DNA of 64,000 nt, from positions 992,001-1,056,000 of the forward strand of contig BQFW01000005.1 in NCBI GenBank assembly GCA_020891255.1, read 5' to 3'. The notes beneath the pieces are model-generated. The model did no database searches. It was not told the origin of the DNA and saw nothing but the letters and a program-made list of their open reading frames with translations. The translations under genes were made by a program, and so were the position numbers. Every line of letters begins with the position of its first letter. Position 1 is the first letter of the stretch. Source of the DNA: Entomortierella parvispora E1425. Its lineage: Eukaryota; Fungi; Mortierellomycota. Below are positions 47,444-60,606 of the stretch, one piece after another.

Positions 47444-48781
47444 ATGATCAACCTTCACAGTGCCATTGCGCTGGCCGCCGTCTTCCTCTCGATGGCCAAT
47501 GCCGCTGCTACTCCCACCAGCAGCTACCTCCCTCAATCCTCCCCCACTTACCTCCCCAAATTCCCTGCCCAAGCCGGTGTCATCACTCAATGGCCCCCAG
47601 CCGACCCTAGCGCCCCCCTTCCCTCCGGCGCCCTCCCATCCTCGGTCCCAGGCTCGATCGTCTCCCAGACTGAATATCCTCCCGCCAACCTCCCTGTCGC
47701 CAACGCTGAAACGGATCCCAACATTATCCCCATCATGAAATTGATTGATTGGAACTACGTCCCCAACGCCACCGTCACCTACCCGACTCCAGTGTCTTCT
47801 GGGTTAAGCCCCTCCATGGACCCGTCATACCCGGCCGACGATCCTTACTGTTGGTGGACCTATAATCAATGTGACACCCCCAAGATCAGCTACATCCCTC
47901 CCGACATCACTATCTGCCCTGAGCCCGACACCTGGGGTCTGACCTACGATGACGGTCCTCTGTATTTCACCACCCCCACGCCCGAGAACGCAGTCTATGC
48001 CGAGCCCAACTTTTACGATTTTTTGCTCAACCACAACAATCAAAAGGCCAACTTGTTCTACATCGCCTCCAAAATTCTCTATGCCCCCGTGGCCGCTCAA
48101 CGAGGATTGAACGATGGACACACCATCTGTGTCCACACCTGGTCCCATTTCTCCATGACCACTCTCACGAATGCTCAAGTCGTGGCTGAATTCTACTATT
48201 CTCTGAGAATGATCAAGCAGGTCCTCGGTATCACGCCAAAGTGCTGGAGACCTCCATATGGTGATGTGGACGATCGTGTCCGTGCCATCGCTTGGCAAAT
48301 GGGTTTGCGTACCATTGTCTGGGATCAAGATACGGATGACTGGCAAATAATTGGTGACCAAGTCGCCCCCACCGCCAGCTCCATCACCTATGCAACCGCC
48401 AACAAGACCATGGCTGGCTATGTTGCCAACGGACAGGGTGGTCCTCATGGTCATATTACTTTGGAGCACGAGCTCTCCAACGCGACCATCATTCTGGCCG
48501 AATCCTGGTTGCCTACCATCCAAAAGCTCTACAAGACCATGCCTGCCACTGCTTGCAACAACATTGCCCAGCCTTACTGGGAGGAGAGCTTTGTTTACGA
48601 CATTCAAGGAACCGTGGCCGTGAGCACGAATGGTTCGACTGTTGGTGGTGGTTCTTCGACTACTGGTTCTCCTGCTGGTTCGACTCCCAGTATCAGTGGC
48701 AAGAATTCCGGAGCCAACCTTCAGGCCATGGGATCTATCATGACCCTCGTCGCCGCTGCTGTCCTTGCCGCTCTTCTCTAA
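47444..48781 (+). CDS. Chitin deacetylase (CE4/NodB), secreted, probably GPI-anchored, 445 aa
   Basis: Signal peptide; TYDDGP, HTWSH, RPPYG, DTDDW, LEHE; S/T/G linker and hydrophobic C-terminus. Confidence 0.96.
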   Translation: MINLHSAIALAAVFLSMANAAATPTSSYLPQSSPTYLPKFPAQAGVITQWPPADPSAPLPSGALPSSVPGSIVSQTEYPPANLPVANAETDPNIIPIMKLIDWNYVPNATVTYPTPVSSGLSPSMDPSYPADDPYCWWTYNQCDTPKISYIPPDITICPEPDTWGLTYDDGPLYFTTPTPENAVYAEPNFYDFLLNHNNQKANLFYIASKILYAPVAAQRGLNDGHTICVHTWSHFSMTTLTNAQVVAEFYYSLRMIKQVLGITPKCWRPPYGDVDDRVRAIAWQMGLRTIVWDQDTDDWQIIGDQVAPTASSITYATANKTMAGYVANGQGGPHGHITLEHELSNATIILAESWLPTIQKLYKTMPATACNNIAQPYWEESFVYDIQGTVAVSTNGSTVGGGSSTTGSPAGSTPSISGKNSGANLQAMGSIMTLVAAAVLAALL

Positions 48782-51619
48782 AAAAAATATGGCACCCAAG
48801 CACTGTGGTGTTCATTCCATTCCATTCCATTATCTTTCAACCATTTATGATTTATTCTACAACATCACCTAAGACCATCCTTTATATACCGGATTCTATT
48901 TATTAATAAACATAACACTTTTGACCCTCTCTGACTGGTAATCGTCTACACAACGAGGATTGACATACCTTTATTATCATATAACATGTCCGTGAGTGCG
49001 TCGACAATGACCTAATCAACCTCCTTTTGTCGGCTCCGAACTGCTTCGTCCCCGTGAGAGTGCACCAAGGAGATCGATACCGTCTTGCCGTGCCTCTTGA
49101 TTCCACTGAGTATCAGCTGCAAACTGCGCCAGCAACTGGCAAACTCCACATTGAAACATGAGTTGGTGTCGGCATGGTGCCGTGGTAACCAGATCCTAGA
49201 ACTGCGCAAGTGTGCCATGCTGAATATTCGGGTCTGCTATGCGAAAGGCGCGGTAGCAGGCTCTCTTGAGCCTGAGACCCTCCTCCACCGTGAATGTGAG
49301 GCGTTCATTGCATTTGGTCGTCTCCAAGGTATCCCTGGGCATCCTAGCGCCTCCTTTCCCAGCCTCATAAACTCTCCAGGCCCTCGAGCGCGTCTCCTAT
49401 CTCTGTCAGATCAGGCATTTTGGTGAGTCCTCCACCTTCGTTTAATATGATCCATGCTCGTCGGGATCGTGCGTGCCAGTTGCTCTCATCATCGGAAACC
49501 TTCGACAATGCCCAGGTGGCATACGCAGCCTGAAGGTCGAATAACGGTTGTCGCTAGAGTCTGACTCCCGAAGAAGATCCGCCAATGGCTGATGGATGGT
49601 TATGCAGTCCGCATTTCTGATATGGGCATCCGCCATCGCATCCAAAGCCGTGAAACAGTAGTCAGCAGGTAGTGGCTGCGGTGGCTTGCCGAATGTGTGG
49701 ATACGGGTTTCCAGTAAAGAGATCGAAGAGTAACCACAAGGTCGTCCGAGTCGATGGATCCTGCTGTTACTCCATGAACTGCCTTGGCCGGCATTTCCAA
49801 AGAATGCAATTCAGAATCTCAGGCTGATTGACAGCGTCGATGAACGTCTGAGGAAGAGACCGGAAATGCTCGGATGTGAGCACAGGTGCTAGAGCCCTTC
49901 ATTGTGTCCTTGGCAAATACCTCGATGATTTGAATAGAGATAGTCTCCAAACGTCCCTCCTGAACTGAATCATTCAAGGTGCTGCGTCGCCATTCGAGAG
50001 TCTGAGGAGAGGTGGCCGGTTTGAACTGAATCCTGAAATAGTACAGTAGGCGAGTTGGCGGGTAGTGTGTCTGGATCAGGTATCGGGTGCAGAAAGAGCG
50101 CAGGACTCTCGTCCCTCGAGAGGATCCAGGATGCACTAGTCCCAGATATGGAGACGTTGATGCGTGGGAATTGGCGGATCAAAGAGAAGGAAGTAATTTT
50201 GACAGCAACTGCGAGGGATGTGTTGAAGAGAGCTGCAGTGGAAGTGGTACTGGTTGACAAATGCTAAAGTGCTCCAGTGGGCGACTCCAGCTTGTGCGGC
50301 TGCCGGAGAGGAGCATGGTCCAACTAAAGACGGGGAGATTACCCCTGCGTGAAACCTCCGATCTTCAAGTTTTCGACTAATATTACAGCATGCAATATCG
50401 TTGGACTATTAGAGACTCCCACCAGATCGGCCCCACGCCATGCTGACGAGAAACAATAAAGGAAACACAAAAGAAACCTACCTTAGCATATCTGCCTTCT
50501 GGTCGCACTTGACAGCTTTTCCTCGCATCTGTTCTTCCGAGGATCCCGTTCCATGACCAGGTCCTCGAATGCACTGATCATCTCTCTCAAAGCGACAGTT
50601 TCCGTTTTGGTAACGTCAGCTCCAGCATGGGCGCCCTTGGCCGTCCGTTAGTACTCTATGACTGCACGCTCAGAGTCTCGAGATTCTCGAACGGCTTTGA
50701 TGTTGGTCCTCCCAGGACCAAGGCATTCTTTGCAGAAAGGGGTACGTTGAACCTGCTCCAAAACATACACAGCTGAAGGATCAGACGGCTGTTTGAGTTT
50801 TAGCCACACGACGACTGGTTGAAATGTCAGCACTGTGCTTGGAGGCTGTTGGTACTCTGGATACCGATGAACACACGACCGAAAGACAGTGAGGGGGTGA
50901 GGACAAAAGTTCGGTGAGGTTGGAGATGAAGGAGAGTGATGCGGTGGGAAAGAATGGGAGAAGCATTCCTTCCATGCATTTACGACGAAGACGGTCCTGA
51001 TGAATCCTTGTGAAGACGGAGATGGGATAGTCGAAGCATGGAGTGAACGGAGGGAATGGAATGGAATGATCGCATTAAGAAGGTCACTGGGCACAGATGC
51101 TCTCAGCTTGATGGCGTGTGTCGTTTGGTGGTTTGTGTGTATGTGTGTGTATGCATCCTGGTTCGTGGTCAGTTGAAAAGTTGAAAGGGCAGAGGGGAAG
51201 CAGAGAGACTGAAGGGAAACAAAGAGACGGCAAAAGAAACAAAAAAAAGGAGACCCAACCCCACGCGCGAAACTGGCGCGTCCGTCCCGCTCGCGCTGCC
51301 CGTCCCGTCCATCCCTTTCGCCCTGCTCGGTGTTGCTCGGTGTCGCCCAAGGTCTGGCCTTGCTCCCAGAAGCAGCAAGACCAGGCAGGACAGCATGTGC
51401 ATGCACATGCACATGCTCATGTACTTGTACATGTACCCTTGCCATGTCCTTCTGTCCCTCTCCTTTCTTCCCTCTCGCCCATCCTACTCCATCCCGCCCC
51501 CATTATTGAAATAGCAAAACGGATCAACCAGGGCTGGTCCTACTACGATGAGCAGATCGGCGCCCCCGCTATGATCCGGTGTACAAAGGACGTTAAGTTT
51601 CGAGGCTAACCGAGGACAC

Positions 51620-52030
51620 GCCTAAACTTCAAAGATCGGAACGATCCAGCAGACACCGGACGAGGAGAAAAGTCCATGGTGTAGTCCAGTTCTGCCTGGT
51701 CGTTTCGCATCACAACGACTTTGTTGACGTTGGCAACTTTTTTAAACTCTTCATAGATTCCAAGCTGACGGGAAAAAAGCGGGGCTATGTTTTCTCCAAG
51801 GGACAAAGCAGATCCTATCGATGGTGTCTTTTTAGAAACCAATGTAAATAAGAACGAGATCGGTCATAGCGCACGTTGATTGGATAAGAGATCCATGTTT
51901 CTTGTTTTTACCTAGAGACTTGACACTCGAGAATCTAGAGTGAGACCCCGGCCTTCTGGAGAAGAAGGACAAGGGCCAGACCGCCAATACCGCCGCCTGT
52001 GATGATGACTTTTGGCGATGAGGACGGGAC
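51620..52030 (-). pseudogene. FAD-monooxygenase pseudogene (exons 1-2 only)
   Basis: PKVIITGGGIGGLALVLLLQKAG with in-frame TAG; next exon GSALSLGENIAPLF..QLGIYEEF..DYTMDFSP. Confidence 0.8.
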
Positions 52031-53256
52031 AGGAGGGGACAGGAGCTGATGAATTCAGTTGATGGAGAAGAAATGAGACAAACCGGAAACTGATCCAGGA
52101 TGCATCGATCGCCTGTGTCACCAGCGTGGTCGGAAGAATGATCTTCTGCAGCAGCACCATGCAAATCCAAAAAGGCTGCCATTACTTTTTTCAACGGTGG
52201 CGATGGCATGGCGACTTTGCTAAAATGCTGATGCTGTCCCTGATGCCAAAGCACTTGACGATGTCGCCGATCACGCCTCGTTCGAATGCATGAGCCACCA
52301 GAGGGACCTGAAGGTATTCCTTCGAAGCAATAGGGGATATGGGCAGCCATTCTTGAACACTGTAAAGCATATCAGAGATCCACAGGTACAACGAAGAGGG
52401 AACCGCATCCACACAATCAGAGATCGCTGCGTCGACACGGGGCGATTATCTGGTCGCCTGGTCTCAAGAGTCCGGACTCGGATCCCCAAGCCAATAGCGT
52501 TGTTAAGGGCCCGCAAGACCGAGCGCAGAAGACACCACGTGCGCTCGCCCCTTTTTGTCTCCGCCCATCCTCCCCCACGTTCGCGCTCTGCTCTGCGCGA
52601 TTTGTTGGAGGGTCGTCTGCGTCCAGAATGCGCTTTTATTGTTGTGCGTCCTTGTTCTTGTTTGTTGCGACCTTGGCTCTTGCCTGTTGGGCCTGTCTGT
52701 CTGCCTGGACAGCCATCGCCGTATCGATCACCAACCATCCCACCCACACGCTCACTTGCACCCTTGCTTTCTTTTGCCCCTCTCTCCCCCAAAAGAAGCA
52801 GCTCCCCTGCACACACCACCTCCAGCAAATCAAAACCACCACTCGCAAAGGCACGCCCTCACACGCTCTCCGGTTCTCCCCCTCTCACCTGCTGCCGGCA
52901 CCCTCACGTTTCCCTCTCATCCGTTCTTACTGTTGCAAACAAAAAAAAAAAAAAAAAAAGAGCACGGACGGACCACTATCACTTTCTGTCTCTGTCTTCG
53001 TCTCGTTTGTCCCTGTCCTTCTCGAGCTCTTCCTCCTTCTCCCTCCCCCTTCTCTTTCTCTCTTTTTCTTTCCCTTTTTTTATTTCATTTTTCCGCAACT
53101 GTCCTCCACCTTTCACACACTCTCCACTCCTTGCTACTTTGCCATCAAGCCCGATCTCACCTTGCTTCACTTTCACACACGCACGCACATCACTTTTTGT
53201 ATTGCTCCTTGAAAGCTTCTCCTCCTTTGCCCATCACTACCTTCCCCCAGCTTACA

Positions 53257-55644
53257 ATGCAGTGCGCCGATAACGACTCTCCTGCAACGCAAAAGAAAAA
53301 TCCCTCGCCCATAAGACCCATTGCTAGTGCTTCTATTCCAGCTCCAGTCCGCACTCGCACATCGAACAAGCGGCCCAACTCTGACTCGCGTGCCAGCTCG
53401 CTCTCTCCCTTGACCCCTGACCCTTCTCCAACCATGAGCCCTGAAGATCCAAAGTATCCCTCGGCCAACAACAATAACAACATCAGCAGCAGTAGAAACA
53501 ACTCGTCCACCTCTCGTCGACCTTCGGCCAGCAACTCTGGGCAGCCTCAACAACATAACCTCCCCGCCTTTGGCGACCTGAGCAAGCCCGATATTTCTTC
53601 CGCTGCCTCCAGTCCTCGGCACCTCCCTTCTCTTTACCCTAATTCAACACCTGCCATGTCCCCAAGCGGTCACCCTCTCCTTTCCCCGGCCTCCAGACCT
53701 CATTATGGCATCACCGATCCTAGTCAGTACTCTTCCTCCTCCGGGTTTTACCAGTTGCCACCACCTCTGCAGCCTTTTGGAGCGCCTCGCCAGAGCCCAC
53801 ATCATTCACCAGCAATTCACCCTTTGTCAGGACACCCGCAAGGACAACACCCTCTCCCGCCTTTGCCTGCCTTGCCATCAGCCTCTCTTTCAAACAACAA
53901 TGGCTACTCGCCTCGATCAAACCCGCAAATGTCTCCTCACATGAACCACTACCTGGTCTCGCCTGCGCTGGGTCCACTGTCACCATATCCAACCCCGCAG
54001 CACCAACCTCAACAGCACCACCTTTCTAGCCCACACCATCACGCGAGTCCACACCACCAGTACGCGCACGACCACCAAAGACATTCTATCCCGACCATGA
54101 TTTTGCCGGCCTCGGCACTCTCTTCCACTTCCTTATCTTCGCCTTCTGGATCGGCCCCACATCAACACGTTCATCACTTGCAGGAATCACCCAGTAGTAG
54201 CGGGCGACCCTATCCAATCATTCTGCCTCATGGTGCCAGCTCGTCCTCCTCTTCGTCCTCTGCAGCGTCGTCGTCCAAAAAGACGACTCCACCACGTGCA
54301 GGAGGTCCAAGCAACAGCAGCAGCAGCAATAACAATGGCGGGGGGCATGCACCCTCTCAGAGTGGCGGTGCTTCGTCCGCTTCTGGCCCTCCTACGCCTA
54401 GGAGGTATTTAATGATGCCCCCGCAGACGGTCCCTGGCGGAGCCTCGAATCCTCGTGGGTCACGTGGATCGATCTCTTCCAGAAAATCAAGCGGATCTGC
54501 GACCAGCAGTCCTTTGACAGGTCCCAGCGGTGCTCCTCATCCTCTTCTGTCTCCTCCTTCAGGACCTTCCTCGGCGGCTACGGTTTCTGGCTCCGGAACT
54601 TCATCCAAGCGTAGGGCTAGTTCTCATGCCAAGGTGGTGGATCAAGAGACCCGGGATCTGATGCGAAAGGTCTCCCATTCGGCGATCGAGCGTCGGCGTC
54701 GTGAACGGATCAATGACAAGATTCTTCAACTCAAGCATCTAGTGCCTTCTTGTGTGGACGAGGATCATCTGCACAAGCTCTCAATCCTTCAGTCGACCAT
54801 TGAATACATCCAATACCTCAAGTCTGTCCTGCCCGCCTCGGTCGCAAATGCAAAGTTGTCAAAGGCGACGAATAATAACCCCAACAACAAGACCACAGAT
54901 ATGTTGGAAGCCCTGGGCGGATCCATTTCTGCAAAAGTACCGTTAACACCACTGATGACGACTGGACTGAATCATATCTATGCCAAGCGGATGTCATTGC
55001 AACAACAGCAGGAACAGCAGCAGCAGCAACAGTACCGTCGTCGTCGGGGACAGGATGAGGATGACGATGAGGACGATGATGAAGAGGATGAGGAGTATGA
55101 ACGCCGACAGAGATACCAAGAGGAAGAGGATGAGGACTATGAAGACTCATCCTCACGTCAGCGAAGAAGCCGTCACAGAAGAGACAACAACGCCGATGCG
55201 CGGGAAGACGAAGACGAAGACGGTATGGATCGTCGCGAACGCAAAAAGCCCAGATCCATGTCGGACATCGATCGTTCCTCATCGACAATCATCAAGATGA
55301 TGTCGGGAATCTTGGATCCACAACAGCAACAACACCTTCGACAGACTTTGGCACAGACCATGTCGATGGAGAACAAAGAAAGCGGTAGCGGGCGCCATCC
55401 ATCGTCTGGGTCTCTCAAGTCCATGAACTCGTCCTCTTCTCCTCCCTCTTCTTCTGACGATGACGCTAAGGATGGACTGCTGTTGTTGGCTGGTCAGTCT
55501 TCGGCACATGCAGTCGCTGAATCAGATCCGATTGAGGATGCAGAGATGTCTAACGGCCAGAACAAGGCATCCAAAAGGGAGTCAAGACGTCGTCAACTCA
55601 ATGAGGACAATGTTCAGGATGTTGGATCACCCATGGAAGACTAG
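53257..55644 (+). CDS. bHLH transcription factor, intronless CDS of about 795 aa
   Basis: RKVSHSAIERRRRERINDKILQLKHLVP..KLSILQSTIEYIQYL. ATG 53257 chosen because the upstream ORF portion is CT-rich and contains poly-A sequence. Confidence 0.9.
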   Translation: MQCADNDSPATQKKNPSPIRPIASASIPAPVRTRTSNKRPNSDSRASSLSPLTPDPSPTMSPEDPKYPSANNNNNISSSRNNSSTSRRPSASNSGQPQQHNLPAFGDLSKPDISSAASSPRHLPSLYPNSTPAMSPSGHPLLSPASRPHYGITDPSQYSSSSGFYQLPPPLQPFGAPRQSPHHSPAIHPLSGHPQGQHPLPPLPALPSASLSNNNGYSPRSNPQMSPHMNHYLVSPALGPLSPYPTPQHQPQQHHLSSPHHHASPHHQYAHDHQRHSIPTMILPASALSSTSLSSPSGSAPHQHVHHLQESPSSSGRPYPIILPHGASSSSSSSSAASSSKKTTPPRAGGPSNSSSSNNNGGGHAPSQSGGASSASGPPTPRRYLMMPPQTVPGGASNPRGSRGSISSRKSSGSATSSPLTGPSGAPHPLLSPPSGPSSAATVSGSGTSSKRRASSHAKVVDQETRDLMRKVSHSAIERRRRERINDKILQLKHLVPSCVDEDHLHKLSILQSTIEYIQYLKSVLPASVANAKLSKATNNNPNNKTTDMLEALGGSISAKVPLTPLMTTGLNHIYAKRMSLQQQQEQQQQQQYRRRRGQDEDDDEDDDEEDEEYERRQRYQEEEDEDYEDSSSRQRRSRHRRDNNADAREDEDEDGMDRRERKKPRSMSDIDRSSSTIIKMMSGILDPQQQQHLRQTLAQTMSMENKESGSGRHPSSGSLKSMNSSSSPPSSSDDDAKDGLLLLAGQSSAHAVAESDPIEDAEMSNGQNKASKRESRRRQLNEDNVQDVGSPMED

Positions 55645-56198
55645 AGTGTATTGTACTTCAAACCTCCCCGAGGAAACATGAAAAATAAAATGCACATTCC
55701 CTCCCATTTTAAGCTATGTTTTGTACTTTTACCTTTGGTCCGCGTGGGACCTCGAAGTTTTTTGTTTGCTCGTTTCCTGTTTTCATTGTTGTGTTGTGCA
55801 AGAAAAAAAAACGTTGAGGCGTGTGTGTGCAGACAACTGCAACGGGTCGTGTTGATGTCGTACAGACGCAAAAGTGCAAACAAAGAGACAGGACAGAGAG
55901 AGCATCTTCAGCCCACGATGGCAAATCGCAATTGGACAAGGCGATCCATTGTTTGTACTTACAATCCCACACACCGTCTTTCTCACTCTCTTTCTCTTTT
56001 TCTCTCTTTCATCCTTCCCTCTCTACTCTGTCTTTTCCCCTCTTCCCCGCCTTCCTTCATTTCCTTTCTATTCCTCTTTCTGTCTGTCAGCATACCACAC
56101 ATACTTACACAACCCGAACAAGCTTACACGTACACACACACACTTTCTCCCCTTTCTCCCACACTCTCGCTTTTTTCCCTGGCCATCGCCACTAATCC

Positions 56199-58181
56199 AT
56201 GACCATTCAACACGAGATAGACTCGGTGCCAGATAAGCCAACCGTGCTGATTGTCGGAGCTGGTATCTCTGGGCTCGTTTTGGCGATTGTCTTGGAGAAA
56301 GCCGATATCCCTTACCTGGTCATCGAAAGAGCCACCACCATCCGGCCATTAGGTTAATATTGACTTTCGTCTTTTTTTTTTTTTTTTGCTCGAGGGCAAA
56401 ATGAAAATTCGGCAGACAGACATGCATGCATCCACGTCAGGGCAAAACCTAATTTTTGCTCATGTCCCTCTCTTCTCATTGAACACCCACAGGAGCCGCT
56501 GTCGCCCTTGGACCGAACGTCAACGCCCTCTTCAAGCAGCTCGGAATCTACAATGACTATGTGGAACTTGCTAACGTCTGCCATTCGATCGATAACTATA
56601 ACGAAGATCGGGAAATGACTTTCTCCATGGACTTTAGGCCGTCGCATGTCATGTACGAAGCGAACTGTTGGGGGGCCAGTCTACCTCGAAGAGTCTGTCC
56701 CTTACATTGTAGATCGTCTAAAACTAAACCGCCCTCACATTCCGATGGCTATTCATTAGGGGAGGCGGTGATGGCCATGTACTGCCTCGGTCACAACTTC
56801 ACCGACTCCTAATGCAACAGATTCCAGCAAAAAATATCCTTCTCTCCAAACGAGTTCTGTCCATGGAGCAGGGCCGGCACAGTGTCCGCATCACCTGCGC
56901 AGACAAATCGACATATGTAGGGGACGTCCTCGTCGGCGCTGACGGTGCCTACAGTGCTGTCCGAAAAAACTTGTTTGCACAAATGATACGGTCAGGAAAG
57001 TTGCCAGCTTCACAGAGCGAGGATCTTACGTACGACTGTGTATGTCTCGTTGGCCAAACTCGACCACTGGACCCGACATTGTATCCGGAACTGAAGGGAC
57101 CGATTGCAAAATTCAAGTCGGTCAAGTCCAAGACGCTGCCGTACTCCTGGAATGTGATCACGACCAAGGACAATCGATTCTGCTGGAGCGTAATACAATA
57201 TCTTGACAAGGAATCGTACAAGGAGAATGATACATTTCGAAATTCAGATTGGGGGTCCTGTGGGGTCACAAGTGCAATGTGCAGAGAAGTACGGGATTTT
57301 CCTATCCCTGCTATGGGATCGTCCAACAGGCAACTGACCTTGGGGGATCTAATTGACAAAACACCGACGGGGTTGATCTCCAAAATGATGTTGGAAGAAA
57401 AGGTCTTCAGAACTTGGTACCATGGCCGGACAGTTTTGGTCGGCGACGGTAAGAGAGTAAACGCCACCGCGAGCTTTTTGCCCAATAGAACTTGACTTCG
57501 AACATGGCGTGTCAAGCCAACAACAAACTTATCGCACATCATCATCTTTTTTTTTTTTTTTTTTTTTACAGCCGCCCACAAGGTAACAAGAGAGCAGAGA
57601 CAGAGAGAGCCGTGGGTGAAGAGAAAACGTCCACCAGAGCAATTAGTGGAGTGACACAAAGCTCAAATGCTTACATTTTCCTGCATCATGAAATGAACAG
57701 GTTCATCCAGCCAGTGGCGCAGGCACTCTCAATGCCATCATGGACGCCGTTGTACTCGGTAACTGGATAGCTTCTATTGCGGACTGCTCAATAAGATCCA
57801 CAGAAAACGTGTTCAAAGCGTTCAAAGCTGAGCGCTTCCCTGTCGTCATGGCAGCGTACAAGCAGGGTCACCTGTTGTCCAAAGTCAATGCCAAAGTAAA
57901 GTTGACAGGCCCACGGCAGAGGGCGGTTTTCTTGTCCGATTCAACTTTCGATCTAATACTTCAACCCCCCCTGCTTCTAGGCAACATGGAAATCAAGGGT
58001 AATACGTTACATGACCAAGAACAGCCCGGACTGGGTGTGGAGGATGGTGTTGCGAAGAATGGCTGAAGACCGGCCGCAGCTATGGTTCTTGCCATTGGTA
58101 TCTGACCGTGGGACAGTTCCGCCAAAGTATCAGCCCAGTCTGCAGAAGAATCTGCACCTTGCGCGGTCACTGAACCAATAA
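56199..58181 (+). CDS. FAD-dependent monooxygenase with an 11-nt microexon
   Basis: VLIVGAGISG, LVGADGAYSAVR, GRTVLVGD|AAHK|VHPASGAG, RPQLWFLP; microexon 57572-57582. Confidence 0.9.
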
Positions 58182-58673
58182 AGATTTTTTGGAAGCAGAG
58201 AGCCCTTTATTCTTCCAGATCCATGAAATCTTGCCCTTGCCCCGCCTTCAAAGACTTTCGCTGTCCCAGTGGATCAGGCATCCTTGTCGAGGGGGGGGGG
58301 GGGGAAGAGTAGATTGTCAGTCCTCTGTTTTTTCTTGTTTTTCCTGTGTGGTGACGCTGCTTGGGTCCTTGTTGGGAGAGTGGAGAAAGCATGGAATTAT
58401 GTTGATGGCTTGGTTGCACAAGAGTCATGTGTGAGCACCTAAAATTCAAATGCGGTGTCCGCCTTGGACCCACCCACTCGCTGTTTAAACCATCCTTCGG
58501 ATGAGCATTTCCAGCTCAACCCCATCCCCAGTTTTTTCTTCTCTCTCTTTGCCCTCTTCTTCCCTTCCTCCCCGCTTCGAACGGACAAACTCTCAACTTC
58601 AAGGACGCACCATTCACACGGATTCATACTACAATCTTCCCCCCCATCTCTCTCTCTCTTTTCTCCCGCAATC

Positions 58674-60606
58674 ATGTCTTCTGAATACGCCGATGGGCCC
58701 AATGTGATGATCGTGGGTGCAGGACTAGGTGGCTTGGTGCTCGCCATTGTTTTAGAAAAGGCAAGGATCCCCTACATGCTGTTTGAACGGACGGCTGAGA
58801 TTCGTCCTCTGGGTGAGTGCTTCTCTCGATCCAACTTCTCTGTTCCTCATCGGCCAAAGAGAGGTCAGGGAGTTTTTAAACGTCCAAGCTTTCTCACCGC
58901 TTTCCCATCCTTTCATCTAGGTGCCGCTATTATTCTCGGTGTGAACGTCATGCCATTCTTTCGACAGATTGGGATATATGACGAGTTTGTGTCTCTGGCC
59001 AAGGAGGTGCACTGCATTGAAAACTACAATGAGGAGCGGGAGCTGATCTTCACCATGGACTTTAGACCTACCCACGTCATGTAAGACCTTGTGCACTGGT
59101 GGATGTCCAAGAAACTACTCAGCAGACGAGAGATGTGTTTGGGAACTGCACCCCAAAAGGATCCAACTGACATGTGGCATTGTGTTTTTTTTTTTGTTTT
59201 TTTTTTTTGGGCAACAGGGGAGGCGAACTCGGCTTTATTTTGCCACGATCAGTCTTGTACGACTTGCTTCTCCGACAGATCCCTGCTGATCGCATCCATC
59301 TCAAGAAAAGAGTCTTGTCCGTGAAGCAGGGCGATATCAGCGTCAGCATTGTCTGTCAGGACAACACGACTTATCAAGGAGACATTCTTGTGGGCGCCGA
59401 TGGTGCTTACAGTGCTGTGCGGCAGTGCCTCTTTGAACAGATGAAGAAGGAAAAACTGCTGCCAAAAGTGGACCAAGGAGTTTTACCTTATAGTTGTGTT
59501 TGTCTGGTCGGGCAGACCAATCCTTTGGACCCGGAGATGTTCCCAGAGTTGAAGGAGCCCATTGCCAAGTTCAGTGCGATCAAGTCGGAGACTCAGCCTT
59601 ACTCGGTAAGCATTATCATGGAAAGGATCCAGACCGGATAGGATCCACGGGAGGTTTAAAACTCACTCATCTGAGCTTTTTGTTTATTCACGATAGTGGA
59701 ACTCGATTGCAGTCGGGGGCAACCGCTACTGCTGGAGTGTGATTCAGTACCTGGATGAAGAATCCAGCAGGGAGAACGACACTTTCAGAAGCTCAGAGTG
59801 GGGCGCAGAGTCGGCTGTGTCTATGTGTAAAGAGGTGCGGAGCTTCCCGATCGCTGGAGGATCCAAGACGGCGGCGGAAGGCATCCGGACTATAGGAACT
59901 TTGATCGACAACACGCCCAAGGACCTCATTTCCAAAGTCATGCTTGAAGAAAAAGTGTTTAAGACCTGGTATCATGAGAGAACGGTGCTTCTGGGAGATG
60001 GTACGAGGAACATGTTGTGCTGCTTTGGGGGAAAAAAGTGATTGCCTCCCTACTTCTCCTCTGTAAACTGACCAATTTTTTTTTTTGTTCTAGCTTGTCA
60101 TAAAGTACACCCAGCAAGTGGCGCCGGAGCCCTCAATGCAATTCAGGACTCTATTACTCTTGGAAACTGGATCGCAGCGTTGCCTGATCCTTCAATTGAA
60201 TCTCTGTCCAAGGCCTTCGAGGAGTATCGGTCAGAGCGGTATGACACTATCATGGCATCATTTAACAACGGACGTCTTCTCTCGAAGGTCAACGCAAAGG
60301 TAAGAATATGAACAGGACGACGGGCAAATATGAATTCCCACATCCACCGCTGACGCTTCACTTTTTTTTTTCTTTCAAATATGCAAGGCAACCTGGAAAT
60401 CTAGGTTGATTAGATATATGACCCAGAACACGCCTGGTTGGCTATGGATGATCATGATGAAGCGAATGGCCGAAAGTCGTCCCCAACTCTGGTTCCTGCC
60501 TCAAGCCCCAGTCAAGGGCACGGTCCCCCCAAAATATCAACCCAGTCTGGTGAAAAATCTTCCTCTCGTCGAAAAGCGAAAAGCTGCAGTGGCCCAGCCT
60601 GTGTGA
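58674..60606 (+). CDS. FAD-dependent monooxygenase, multi-exon
   Basis: VMIVGAGLGG, LVGADGAYSAVR, ERTVLLGD|ACHKVHPASGAG, RPQLWFLP. Confidence 0.92.

Noticed and set aside
47825-48799. 324-aa antisense ORF
   Set aside because: Shadow of the codon-biased chitin deacetylase on the opposite strand.
49000-50650. Protein-like fragments between the chitin deacetylase and 51 kb
   Set aside because: Short, interrupted ORFs with no motif I can assign; not supportable without a search.
52555-53256. N-terminal 234 aa of the 1029-aa bHLH ORF
   Set aside because: CT-rich and poly-A leader-type sequence with a splice acceptor (CCCCCAG) just before ATG 53257; likely UTR or intron.
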